From Selaginella moellendorffii (Eukaryota > Plantae > Lycopodiophyta): a stretch of 64,000 nt of DNA. The stretch is from contig NW_003314273.1 in assembly GCF_000143415.4 (NCBI RefSeq), positions 2,286,544 to 2,350,543 on the forward strand, in the 5' to 3' direction. Below are positions 25,001 through 37,565 of the stretch, piece after piece; positions within the stretch are counted from its first letter, which is position 1, and every line of letters begins with the position of its first letter. The notes below the pieces were generated by a model that made no database searches, was not told where the DNA came from, and saw only the letters and a list, made by a program, of their open reading frames with translations. The translations under genes and the position numbers were made by a program.

Positions 25001-26262
25001 AGTGAGGGAACAATGAACTCGATGGGTGTAATCACTTCCAGTCTGTATGTGAGTTGGAACGGTGTTTGTCCTGTAGCTGTTTTGTAAGAAGTGCGGTAAG
25101 CCCACAAAGCAGAGGTTAGTTTGTCATCCCAGTCTGGTTAACGATTTTAGCCAGAATGGTCTTCAGGATTTTGTTGGTGGCTTCCGCTTGTCCATTCGCT
25201 TGAGGATAGTAGGGTGCTGATAACTTCTGTTTGATGTTGTATGCCATGAAGAGATGGTTGATCATCATTCAAGAAGTGTGTACCCGGTCACTGACGATTG
25301 CCATCGGTACACCATACCTTGTAACGATGTGTTGGTAGAGAAAGTTTGCCACTCGTCGTGCCTTACAGTCAGGTAACACGACAGCTTCGGCCCACTTGGT
25401 AACATAGTCGGTGATGACCAGAATGTAGGAGTTGCGGCGACTGCTTGGAGGGTTGATGGGTCCCATGAAATCCATGCCCCACTTCATAAACGGCTCCAAC
25501 GGCATTGTGGGTTGGAGTGGTCGAGCCTGTTGTGCAGGCGCTGCAACGTATCTTGTACAAATGTCACACTGATGACAATATTTGGTTACATCTTTGAACA
25601 AAGTCGGCCACCATAGTCTGGCTTGTAAAATCTTTCTTCCTGTTGTTTGCGCAGTGAAGTGTCCTCCATGTGATCCTTCATGTGCTTCCTCGATGATGAA
25701 GTTCGTTTCCTCGGGTGAAACGTACCGGTGTAGGACCATGTCCTTTCCTTGGCAATAGAGCGCTCCTCCAACGATAGAGTAAGGTCGAGAATTAAGTAGG
25801 AAGGTCTTGCACTCATCCCGTGTTTGAATGTGGTTGGGCATCTGCCCAGTCTTGAGATAGTAGTGGACGTCAATGATCAAGTCTTCAGGATCCAGCTTGT
25901 ATACCTGAACCTGAAACAATGAGACATCCAGAAACTAGTCAGGTATTCCTGTTGGTGGTTCTCCCGTAGTAATCCTGCTGAGATGATCTGCTTGCTCGTT
26001 CAATCATCCTGGTCGATGGATGATCTCGAAGTCAAATTCTTGTAGGAGTAAGAACCACTGTGCCAACCTTCCAGTTGGATTCGGCTTGTTGAGAAGATGG
26101 AGTAGTGCCTGGTGATCGACTATGAACTTAACGTAGTTGGCCAACAAATAGTGGCAGAACTTCTTGACGGCATATACCATTCTGGGACACTCCTTGGTGG
26201 TCGTGTAGTTGGACTCCGCTGGTGCCAACCTCTTGCTGGCGTAGTAGATTGGTCGGTGTGGT
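22060..26262 (-). mobile_element. 5'-truncated Athila-like (non-chromovirus Ty3/gypsy) element: RNaseH, integrase, extra 3' ORF, PPT, 3' LTR (~22060-22723)
   Basis: RNaseH (YTTTKE...DHQAL...WFLLLQEFDFEIIHRPG); integrase HEGSHGGH..CHQCDIC, WGMDFMGP, YPQANGQAE, KWKGPY. PPT TTAAGTCTGGGAGTG followed by an LTR starting TGAT at 22723; TATA-like tataaata on the minus strand. Left boundary approximate. Confidence 0.85.
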
Positions 26263-26299
26263 TAAGATTAATTTAATGCAAAAACTCTAGTACGTTGTT

Positions 26300-26440
26300 G
26301 AATAATAAAAATGTGCATATTAATTAACCTAAAACCCCTAGCTTATATATAGGAGTGAGTGGTCTAAATTAAAACCAAATCAACAACTATCAAAATCCCA
26401 TTACACTATATAGCATCATAGTTGTACACTTAACCTCACA
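26300..26440 (-). mobile_element. Partial solo LTR of the 27658-33302 gypsy family
   Basis: atgtgcatattaattaacctaaaacccctagcttatatataggagtgagtggt...cacttaacctcaca matches the 175-bp LTR. Confidence 0.8.
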
Positions 26441-27657
26441 ACTACAAATTAATATCATTTGTGAGATTATTGGGGTAAGTTGCAATATAAAATGGTTAAT
26501 TTAGATTTCCCACACTATGATTGCTCATGGGCCCAAGGATGCCAATCTAAGAAAAAGTAAAGATTGAATCTCTTATCTCTAGACTTTCAATTTACTTATT
26601 TCTTATATAATTATAATTAACAGTGAACCTGAAAGCCCTACACAAACAACTATGGAAGTGTAGATTATACCAATTTAGCTGTCACAGAAAAATCTTAATT
26701 GTTGTATTGCAAAAGGAGGCATTTAATATGGGAAAAGCTAGATCTTTTGCTTATACAAGTTTGTTGTTCTTGTAAAATATATATCTTCTTCTTAAAAAAT
26801 TTACAAGTAGAAAATCAAATTAAAAGTAAGATTGAAAATGATATTTTGGTTGAACAAGATTAAAGTGTCTATCAAGATTGAAGTGCAAGTGTTGGCAACA
26901 TCAGTGAGGTAAAATGTATAAAGGTTTCAAATTCAAATGGCTTATTTTTTTTTTGTTACTTCCTAAATTAGCTCTAATGTAGACCTTATAGCCACTGAGT
27001 CTCTCTAATCACTTACAAACTAACAGAAGGGTATTATTATGTGTGAATCTATACAACACAAATAAGATAGATATGAAAATTAATATTTTGTATTTTCACT
27101 TAATATTATTAGCATATGAACCAAATGAATGCCAATATAATGTAAAGAGGTCAAAACCCTGAATGCTTAAGTTCCACACTATGGATGGGAAGGATTTATG
27201 AAATGATATAGTGAATGTTTGCATCAAGTTTATCAATGGTAGTTTTAAATAAAGAGCTAAATTATTAGGGTCTCCTAATATTTAGAAGGTAAAATCTTTT
27301 ATCCTTTTTTATTGGTTCAATTTACTTTAATTATTTTGCAATTGTTTATGCTTTTCCAAAAGGAAAGAGTAAAGGAATTATTCTCCATTTTTATCCTATA
27401 ATCCTAATTCATAGTTATCCATGTCCATAGTGATTAGACAACTATATAAAATATAAATACAATCATGTGACAAAAATATTGTTGGAAAACTTGTCCAATC
27501 TCTATCATTACCATCCTCAGAAGCCTAATAACCACGCCTTTTAGATTTTACTTTTTGAAGCCTTTCTTTAAGAAAATAGACAAATAGTGGAGTAAAGACC
27601 AGTTCTCACAAATTTGCATATAGTTCACACTTGGTGGCCCAGAATATAAGTGTTGTT

Positions 27658-30600
27658 TGTGAGTGCTTGGAATATGGAAAAGGAATTAAAAAAATATGTA
27701 TATTAATTAGCCCAAAAACCCTACCTTATATATAGGAGTGAGTGGTCCGGATTGAAACCATCTGACAGTTACCAAAATCCCACTACGCTAATATTAGTAT
27801 ATGGCATCGTAGCCGTACACTTAGCCCTCACATCATCCCCTCCTTTCGGAATGTAGATAGGCCAGGATCTAGAGGAATGTCAAGAGGAGGCATCGGCAGA
27901 TCTATAGGTGGTATTAACTCCTCCTGATCCCTTTGTATGAAGCGTTTCAACCACTGCACATGCACAATCTCTAAAGGATCGGCCTGCTGAACATCATGCC
28001 GAACCTCATAAACTTGTGGTCCAACTTGCCGCAACACCTAATATGGTTCTTTCCACTGCACAAGAAGCCCCTTAAATAAACCACATACTGTAAGATGGGG
28101 AAAACAAACTAACACCAAATCATCCACTTTGTACTCTGCAGGTGGACGATGATGGGAGTTGTAGCGCTATTGTTGTCCCACTTGTATGTGGCCTAAGTGT
28201 TCGGCAGACTCTGCTCGGACAAGTGGAAGAATGCTCGTCAAATATTGATCCCATGACCTAGCATCGGCAGCTCATGACAATTGCAAAAGTAAACCCAACT
28301 CCGTTGGTAATATTGGATCATGACCATATAGGAGTTTATATGGTGAAGCACCAATAGAACTCTGCACCCCTGTGACATATGCATACCGAAGAAACGGCAA
28401 ATAACCATCTCAATCCGAATGCTAAAAGTTCACATACTTCACAATCATCCCTTTGAATGTCCGAACGAGCTGTTCCACCAGACCATCTGATTGTGGATGA
28501 TAAGCACTCGTGAAACTGTGGCATATCCCCAACCGAGACATCAAAACATGAAATGCCTCAGCCATAAATACAGGACCATTATCCGAAAGAATCTACTTTG
28601 GACAAGAATGCTGGAACACCACTTGATTGAGGAGGAAGTATCCAACAACAGTTGCAGAGGCGCTAGCAAGAGCATCAACTTCCACCCAATGAGTCAAGTA
28701 GTCAGAAATAATAATAACATACTCATTGCTAGCAGTCGACCGTGGAAAAGGTCCCATAAGATCAAATGCCACCAACTCAAACGGACAAAAAAACACAATT
28801 GACTCCAACCGTCCTTCCACAGCACGAGGGGGAGTATTATGAACTTGGCACCAAACTCAACTACGCACATACCGGATAATATCACGTCACATCTCTGGCT
28901 AATAAAAAGACATGTGTAGCTTCTCGGTTATATGACGGTGTCCCATATGCCCACCTAGAATAGGAGAATCATGGTATACATGGAGAAATTGTGAAATAAA
29001 GGCAGAAGGCACCACCAGCCGTAAATGATCATCAAGATCCGTCCCCATAAAATAAAGAAGGCCGTTTTCAAGGCGATATTGAGAATGTAAATGCCAAAAA
29101 GGCAAGTTATTAGCAAGTGATGCAGGATTCTCAAACCCATCTCGAAGCCTTTGAATCCACGGCTCAATCTTTTGAGCCTCGCGAACCTCATCAAGAGAAG
29201 GTAGATCTTGCTCTGCTCCTTGTGGACATTGAACGTCAAGGACAGCAATTGCCGATGGCACAAAATCCTCGTCTAGAAAATCCATAGAGGCTGGAACAAC
29301 AGGCTCATTAGAAACATGAGAAGTGAGTGAAGAAGGAAGAGGAGCTCGAGAAAAGGCATTAGCATCAACCATAGAACTCCTTGGGCAATGAACAACATCA
29401 AAATCATATATCTTAAGCTTCAAAGCCCATCAAGTAGTACGACCAACAAGGTTCTTTCGCTTCACAGCAGCATGGTCACCTTCAAGTAACGTCCAAGAAC
29501 CATGTAAATATGCATGAAGTTTCTCAAAACCCTAGACTGCTGTGAAACACTCCTTCTCCGTCGTGGAGTAATTCATCTCCACTGGTTGTAATGTACAGCT
29601 TATGTACGCAATAGGATGGCACTGACCAGGCACAGTTGAGCTCTCTTGCATCAACACACTTCCAAGAGCAAAGTCAAAAGCATCCACGCGCAAAATAAAA
29701 GGTTGAGTGTAATCAGGATATGCCAAAACCGGAGGAGTTGTCAATAGCTCTTTGAGATCCCCAAACGCCCGCTCACAATCCAGAGACCAGATGAAAGATG
29801 ACGTTGATGATTTCAACAATGCTCGCAACGGTGCAGTGCTACCAGAAAGATGATCCACAAAACAACTGAGATACTGCACCTTGCTCAAGAAGCATTGCAC
29901 ATCATTCACACACTTCGGAGTAGGGAACTTTAGAACAGCCACAAGTTTGTCAGGATCAATTTGCAAACCCTCACGAGAAATACAGTACCCAAGATAAGTT
30001 GTATCCTTGGACCCAAACACGCACTTTGACCGCTTCAGCTTTAAACCAACATCGCGTAACCAATCCAACACTTTACAAACATCACGAACGTGCTCCTCCC
30101 ACGTCCCCTTCGAGTGGATCAAGACATCATCAATGAAGTCAGTAGTCACCTCCAACATATCGCAAAGAACCTCATCCATCATCCGTTAGAAAGTTGCTGG
30201 AGCATTGTTCAAACCAAACGGCATCACCAAGAAGCCATACAAACCAAATAGTGTACGAAAAGCAGTCTTAGGAATATCTTCTTTGGCCATTGGGACTTGC
30301 CAGTACCCAGAAGCAAGATCTAGCTTGGTGAACCAACGACTTCGCCCCAGATGATCCAAGAGATCAGCAATGTGAGGAAGAGGGTACACAACTGAGATCG
30401 TCACTTTGTTTAATGGACGATAGTTGATGCAGAAACGAATACTCCCATCAGGCTTTGTCACAAAATGAGGTTCACATGCCCAAGGACTCCACAACTTTTG
30501 AATAACACCCTTTTCCAACATCTCCTTGACGTTTGCATGTAAAATCTTGATCTCCTTGGGTGACCGACGACAAATAGGAACCTTAATTGGATGAGCATCC

Positions 30601-33302
30601 CCAGTTGGAATCGGATGACGTGTGGCAATTTTGGCCCCAGACGATAGGTCAAATTCAAAGAGATCAAAATACTCCTTCATGGGCCGGTCAACTGCTGCAA
30701 CACAAAGATCGTTAGAGGGATTGAAAAAGGGAAGAGCAAAACAAGATGGAAACATAAGAGGAAATATTGGGGGAACAAAAGTAATGGAAGCAAAAGTAAA
30801 AATAAAGGGATGAAGAGGTACAAAAGTGAGAGGAATGGATAAAACATAAGGAAGTATGAAACAAGGGGGAGAAACCTCAAAGTCACACTTGGCATGATTG
30901 TGCTGCAACTAATCCATACCAAGAATGAGGTCAAAAACTTGACTCGGCACCACTATAGCGCACCTTATCTCTCTCCCCTTAAGCCAACTGGAAAAGGGGT
31001 AATTGCTTGATGAGAGAGCCCTTAGTGACTATTTTATCCCCATTTATCCCCCAAAGTTCCAAGGATCCACGGTGACAGTATATCCAAATCTCATCCCATG
31101 ATCACATGCGCTACACTCACCCCCCCTTCAGAGATGTCAATGTCCTCATTGACTATTGATTAACAACCCCTACTGAGCCAAGGGGAACCAGCACCTCCAT
31201 TTCCGCACTCAATCTACCAATTCTTCCATTGTGTAAATTAACTATTCCATGTGAGGTAACTAGTCATCCACCCGTACCGCAGTCCCACGGTGGATACCTT
31301 CGTCCGTGGATACTCCACACAAGAGGAAGGACATACGCATGGATGCCCAATACGTACGATTTCAAATTTTAGGGGTAGGAATATACCTTGCTCAAGGGTA
31401 TATTATATTTTTAAGTAGCCACTAATCAATGGGAATCGAACCCGTGCCATTTTCTCTGATACCAACTGTAGCGCACCTTATCTCTCTCCCCTTAAGCCAA
31501 CTGGAAAAGGGGCAATTGCTTGATGAGAGAGCCCTTAGTGGCTATTTTATCCCCATTTATCCCCCAAGGTTCCAAGGATCCACGGTGACAGTATATCCAA
31601 ATCTCATCCCATGATCACATGCGCTACAACCACCCACAACGACTACAACTCAAGCTCAAGATCGCCTATACGCACAACCAGGTCCGCCTCATCCCGTGCA
31701 CATGCATGTGTACAGCCGTTGCCATAAAGAATGAAAACTGGTTCCGCCGCACGATGCAAGTGTAGATGACAATGTGTGGCAACAGGTCGAGCAATAGAAG
31801 ATAAACTCGAACCTATATCAACCAACACGGAGAAAATAATAGGAGACCTCTTATTATAAAAATGAGCTTGGAAAGTAAACACTGGATGAACTGGTGCCGA
31901 GATGATACTCCTGAAAGAAAGATGGAGGGGTCATTGACTTATTTGCGCAAGGTCCCTCCGTTACTCGTGCGACTCCTCGTTTCCCGGATACATCTCGGTG
32001 TCCAAACCTTCCATTGCAGTAGCACCAACAGGACATTGCTGACGCCAAGGTCTCCACCCAGGAAATGGAGGTCGCCAATCCAGAAAACGCCGACGACGCC
32101 GATAAGTATGACCAACTTCATCATATGCCCAACAGCGAACATCACGGCCACAACCACATCCTCGCCCTTGTCCTTGGACTCGATCAGCAGCAGCATCAAC
32201 CTCCATTGGAACAAGACCATCACTTGTAGGAAGTGGAGCGGAAGGACGTGCAGCGAGAAGTGGAAAAGGTGATATCTCATAACATTGTGCCAAGCGAAGA
32301 GCATCATCAAAGGTGGCGGGAGCAAATGCATGCACAAATCCGACAAGATCTTAACGAAATGCTGGCCACAACATTCCTAACTTGATCCACTCTGACATAT
32401 TGGGCTCTGCACGAAGCAAGAGACTTCGGAAACGAACGCCAAATTGCATCACCGACTCAGACGACCCTTGGCAAAGACGATGCAATTGTTGGAAGGCATC
32501 ATCATAATTGTTGGCATGTCCGAACACGCATTTGAAGACATCCGGGAGAACACTCCAATCCCCATGAGTGGCTGCGCTCAAACCATTGTACCACTACAAT
32601 GCCATCCCTTAAAGACACATGGGAAACTCACGCAAATATCGAGCATCATCCCAAAAATGATATGTGGCAATCACCGTGAAGTGATCGAACCAATAGTACA
32701 CATCATCCCCAGGATTCCTATGAAAGAACTCCGGCCGAATGCAAAGATTGGCACCAAGAGTAGAAGGAGTTGTACCATGTGTTGTGAATGTTGCCATCAA
32801 TTGAGTTTCATTGTTCAATTGCAAGCGTATAACATCAAGCAATTGGACCAACTACTGCTCTAGAGTCAAAGGAGGAGATTGCTGATCTGCCATGAAGATG
32901 AACGAAAAAGAAAGAGTAAATGAAGAGAAATAACAAAAAGCTAGAAGGAAATGGTAAATCTAGACAATGCAAAAAGCTAAATCTAAACCAAAATTCTGAA
33001 AGGGAAGAACAAAAGAAAGGAAATGGAAAAAGCTAAATCTAGATGATGCAAAAGCTAAATCTAAACCAAAATCCCAAATCCAAGCTCTCCTCAAGGACAA
33101 TTAAAAGTGCCCCTCACCTCCACTAATGTGAGTGCTTGGAATATGGAAAGGGAATATAGAAAATGTGCATATTAATTAGCTCAAAAACCCTAGCTTATAT
33201 ATAGGAGCGAGTGGTCCGGATTGAAACCAATCCGACGGCTACCAAAATCCCACTACGCTAATATTAGTATACGGCATCATAGCCGTACACTTAGCCCTCA
33301 CA
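27658..33302 (-). mobile_element. Full-length but inactivated Ty3/gypsy LTR retrotransposon (~5.0 kb without the nested TRIM), no chromodomain seen
   Basis: LTRs 27658-27832 and 33127-33302 (TG..CA, ~92% identical by eye). PBS TAGTGGAGGTGAGGGGC; PPT GAAAGGAGGGGATGA. gag, protease (VLVDIGSS), RT (FCINYRPLN, LDLASGYWQV, FIDDVLI), RNaseH (VDAFDFALGSVL, NYSTTEKE), integrase (GGHMG, AFDLMGP). Many stops. Confidence 0.95.
30954..31628 (-). mobile_element. TRIM (non-autonomous LTR element, 675 bp) inserted in the gypsy protease region
   Basis: 162-bp LTRs 30954-31115 and 31467-31628 (4 transitions apart), perfect 5-bp TSD ACCAC, PBS TGGTATCAGAG (31464-31454), PPT AAGGGGGGGTGAG. The empty site is visible in the paralogous gypsy copy near 9890. 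Confidence 0.95.
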
Positions 33303-34884
33303 TCTTTAATTTAATATCTTTTAGAGATAAAAACTTAATATTTATTATATTTAAGTCTACCACTCTAGAGTTTGTGCAATAAAGGATTTAAAGGTTTGTG
33401 TGATAAAACTCTCCAGAGAAAAAAATAGTGATAATTTTCTTCTCTTAGAGAGTGATGAGATTAGAGAAGAAGACAATTTAACTCTTCTAAAAAGTCTTGT
33501 AATTTTTAATAAAGAGTTTTATATTGTATTGTTTTAAACTCTTTTAAGTAGAGTTCCCATTGTAGAAGTGAAAAGGTTGATCCAATCCCTTCCTTCTTTT
33601 AGCAAGTCTAAAAGCTACTTAGAGGATTACTATGCATTTAATCTACATCAAATAAGGAGAATTTAAGTATATAATATATTTAACATCTAAAATGAAGTAA
33701 CAAATCCCCCCTATAAAGCAAAAATTATGGTTATTCATAGAGCTACCGAGAAGCACTCATCAAACTAAAAAATAGTGATACTATTAGCAATCAACTTTGA
33801 GGTATCACAATTAATTTCATAGATGCTTGCATTGCAATGTTGTGGCAAAAAAAAAAAAAACAGCTAGATGATATTTAGGTTTTATGGATTAAAATACTAA
33901 TCTTTTTTATAATCCAAGAAGAAAATGGTAGACAAAGGAACTTCACATGGATGCAACTAATGTGGCAATATTATTAACATAAATATATAATAAATATTAA
34001 ATTGTCTTGACATCCATAAATATAAAGATTTACTAGAAAGACAAAGTGTTATATAACACTTATGTTTGCAAAAAAGATTGTATTTTAAAGCACTGTCCAA
34101 TATTGTCTAAGTGGAGAAGGAACAGAAGTGTGTTATATATCATAAGCTATTTCAAATGTATTTATATTTTTACTCTTATGACAAAGAGGAAAATATTCCA
34201 ATATATCATAATGAGGTTGAGAAGTGTTTACCAACATAGATCTAGATTTTAACAAAGCACTTTAGTCATATTCCTAATTCACTACAAAATAAAGTGTTAT
34301 TTCCAATTCATACGTATGTACTTACAAATAACATTAAGTTTATTTGTGTTAGCTAATGTCTTTAAATTTGATATTAAGTTTTATGTCCAAGATGGTAAAA
34401 TAGCAGTTATCTCAAAGGTGTGATACAATTTACATTGAGCACTTGCTATGTGTGGGTAGACATGTCATGAGATATATGTCACCATTAGAAAAGTGTAAAT
34501 GCTAAAGGTTTTTTATGTGTTTGAGGGAAGTGGGAGCAATATCTTTTGTCCTCTTCTCCTCTTTCATAATATTGTATTCTTTATTTTCTTCTTTTTTTCT
34601 TAGCATTTTATTCCTTATTTTCTTCCTTTTTTCAAGATTGTCATCTTGAGAAAAACTTTATAACAAAGCCTTTAGTTTTTTCTCAATTTTATCTAGAGCT
34701 AAACAATCACCCTTACTTGGCTAAAAATTTTTCTACAATAAGAAAACCTGGTTATGATCAATATTTTAAAACATTCTATAGTTTATTATAGTGTCTGTCT
34801 CTTTCAACTTCACCATTATGCAATTAAGCATGTTCATCCTTATATTGTCTATAACTCCATAACCAAGTCAAAATGTTTTTATAA

Positions 34885-34902
34885 GGTTTAGGGTTTAGGG
34901 TT
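34885..34902 (+). repeat. Short interstitial telomere-type repeat (TTTAGGG) x~2.5
   Basis: ggtttagggtttagggtt just upstream of the Helitron coding relic. Confidence 0.5.
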
Positions 34903-34929
34903 ACTGTATTTTATAGTTGAGTGCCCTTG

Positions 34930-37565
34930 ATTATGTCTAAAACCGTGATACTATTGACCAATATATAATGGCACAATTGCTTGATCCTCAAAATGAACAT
35001 GGAATTTCTAAAATAATTACATCTCATATGATACATAGTCCATGTGAGCCTTTTTACCCTAATAGTCTTTGCATGGAAAATGGAATTTGCTCAAAAGGTT
35101 AACTAAAAAAAATTAATTATAAAACTGTTCTTAGTGTTGATGGTTATCTAGATTATTATAGACCTGATAATGGCTGCACATTTCTAGACAATGGGTGCTA
35201 TATTGATAATTATTGGGTAGTGCCTTATAATAAATACCTTTGTAAAACATATAATACTCATGTTAATATTGAAATTTGTGCTACTATAAAAAATATTAAA
35301 TATTTATTTTAATATATTTATAAAGGTTATGATTGTGCTATAATTGAAATCCATTCAGCAACCCAACAATCTGATAATATTTTAAATTGGGATGAAATCT
35401 CAACTTTGTTAAATACATATTACATATCTGCTCTAGAGGCAATATGGAAATTTTTTAAATTTAAAATGCATGGTTGTTCAACCTCTATAATCTGTCTTTT
35501 TATCCATCTTCCAAATTTTTAAGACGTCTATTATATAGAAGGTTTTAAACAAATAACACTTCAAAGAATTACTCAAAATGGTACGATATTAACAAAATGG
35601 TTTAAGTTATAAATGACCTAAATGCTAGATAATATACATACCCTGATATCCCTTTATATTATACATTTAGCCCTTATACTCATAATTGAAAAATTTGACA
35701 TACAAGAAATGTCATTCCCCAAATATATTTTGTGTCACCAATCAATGTTGAACTATATTATTTACATTTTATTTTACTCCATAAAAAAGGTGTTATGTCT
35801 TTCAAAGATTTCAAGACATTTAACAATATTTATTATGACACATTTCAACAAGTTGCAAATGCAATGGGGCTTATAACTGATGATACTGAATGGGAAAAAT
35901 GTTTAAAAGATGCTTACTTTTTTAAAATGCTATCACAATTAAGACAATTATTTGTAATATTTTGTATCTTTTGCACTCCAAAACATCCTTACTTCTTATA
36001 GAATAAATTTAAAGATTTCTTCTCTGAGGATTTCATGCAAACGAATCATTATGAACATGTTTTACACAATATAAATATTAAAATGAAAATGCATGGTAAA
36101 ACTAATCAAACTACCACCTACCTTTACTGTCTGAATGATGATAAAAATATTGTCAACTCAACACAAATATATCAAAATGTTTAACAAAATATTCCTCGAT
36201 TTAATCAAGAACAATTAAATATTTTTAATGATATTCTTAATGTTATTGATCACCCAATTGAGCATAATTAATACATTTTCATTGATGGACTTGGTAAAAC
36301 ATTTCTTCTTAACACTCTTATAAATATTTGACAACTGAAAAAAATAAATATTGTTAACATGACTTGGACAAAAATTGCAAGTACTTTACTCTATAATGGC
36401 CAAACTTCACATGCTATTTTTAAATTTCCTATTCCAATAAATGAAATATCAACTTCTGCTATAATTGTTAATAGTGAAATAGATATAAGAATCAAAACTA
36501 TTAACATATTGTTATAGGATGAAATAAGTATGGTTCACACTCATGCATTCACTACTGTTAATTGAGTGTTGTGAGACTTAAAAAATACGTCATTACCTTT
36601 CGATGGCATAATTGTTGTCATTAGTGGGGACTTTAAATAGACACTTTCAGTCATTCCACATAGACAAGTGTTTCAAGTTTTGTAAGAATGAATAAATAAT
36701 GGCGATTCTTTAAAAAATTATTTTAGAAAATAAATATATGGCTTGCTGAAAGTGATAAATCATAGGTTGAATGTCTTATTAAAGTCGGAAATGGTGAAAA
36801 TTTTCAAAATTTACCATCTTTACTTTTTAACTTCATACATAACTAATTTATTCATTTATTATTGATTTTACCCTTCAATACTTGATATTTCAAACCCTTA
36901 TATTGCAGCCAATTAAGTCATATTTACCCCATGCAATCAATAACACTATTATCTCTAAATTACAAGGTGATACATATATCTATGAAAGTATTGATTTGTT
37001 GATATTAAACATCTTGAAAACTTTTCAACAAAATTCCAAAATTCTATCACACCTTTTAATCTTCCACCACATAAACTCTTTCCCAAATAAGGTGTTATTT
37101 TTGTCCTCCTAAGGAATATATCTTCATCAGCATGCAATGGCATATGTCTCATCCTAAAAAATGCACTACCAAATGTTTTAAATTGTGAAATTGTGATGGG
37201 GCAATTTAAAGGGACAAGAGTTTTTATCCCATATATCAAACTAATACCATCAAATATAGAAATTCTATTCAAAATGTCTAAAAGACAATTTTCAATCTGT
37301 TTGGGTTACTGCTTAACAATTTCTAAATGCCAAGGATAGACATTTGATTAAGTTAGAATTTACTTGCCCCACCCAATTTTCACTCATGGAGAACTTTATG
37401 TGGCTTTATCAAAATGCACATCACTATTTGACTTGGAATTAAAGTTCAAAACACCACATGCCAGGGCTGCCTCCTTCCTCAAGATCCTTTTGTTTTACTG
37501 TATATAAAGAAGTTTCATATTAAACCTCTTTGTAAACCACCCAGCATTTGCTGGGCAAGTACTCG
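34930..37565 (+). mobile_element. Degraded Helitron (Rep/Pif1 helicase remnants) with 3' hairpin and CT(C)G end
   Basis: Rep-like DNYWVVPYNKYLCKTYNTHVNIEICATIKNIKYLF*YIYKGYD; helicase remnants (FIDG.GKTFLLN, DEISMV, ISGDFK, LTISKCQG). Hairpin CCCAGCATTTGCTGGG at 37540-37555, then caagtaCTCG|T. 5' end not located. Confidence 0.88.
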
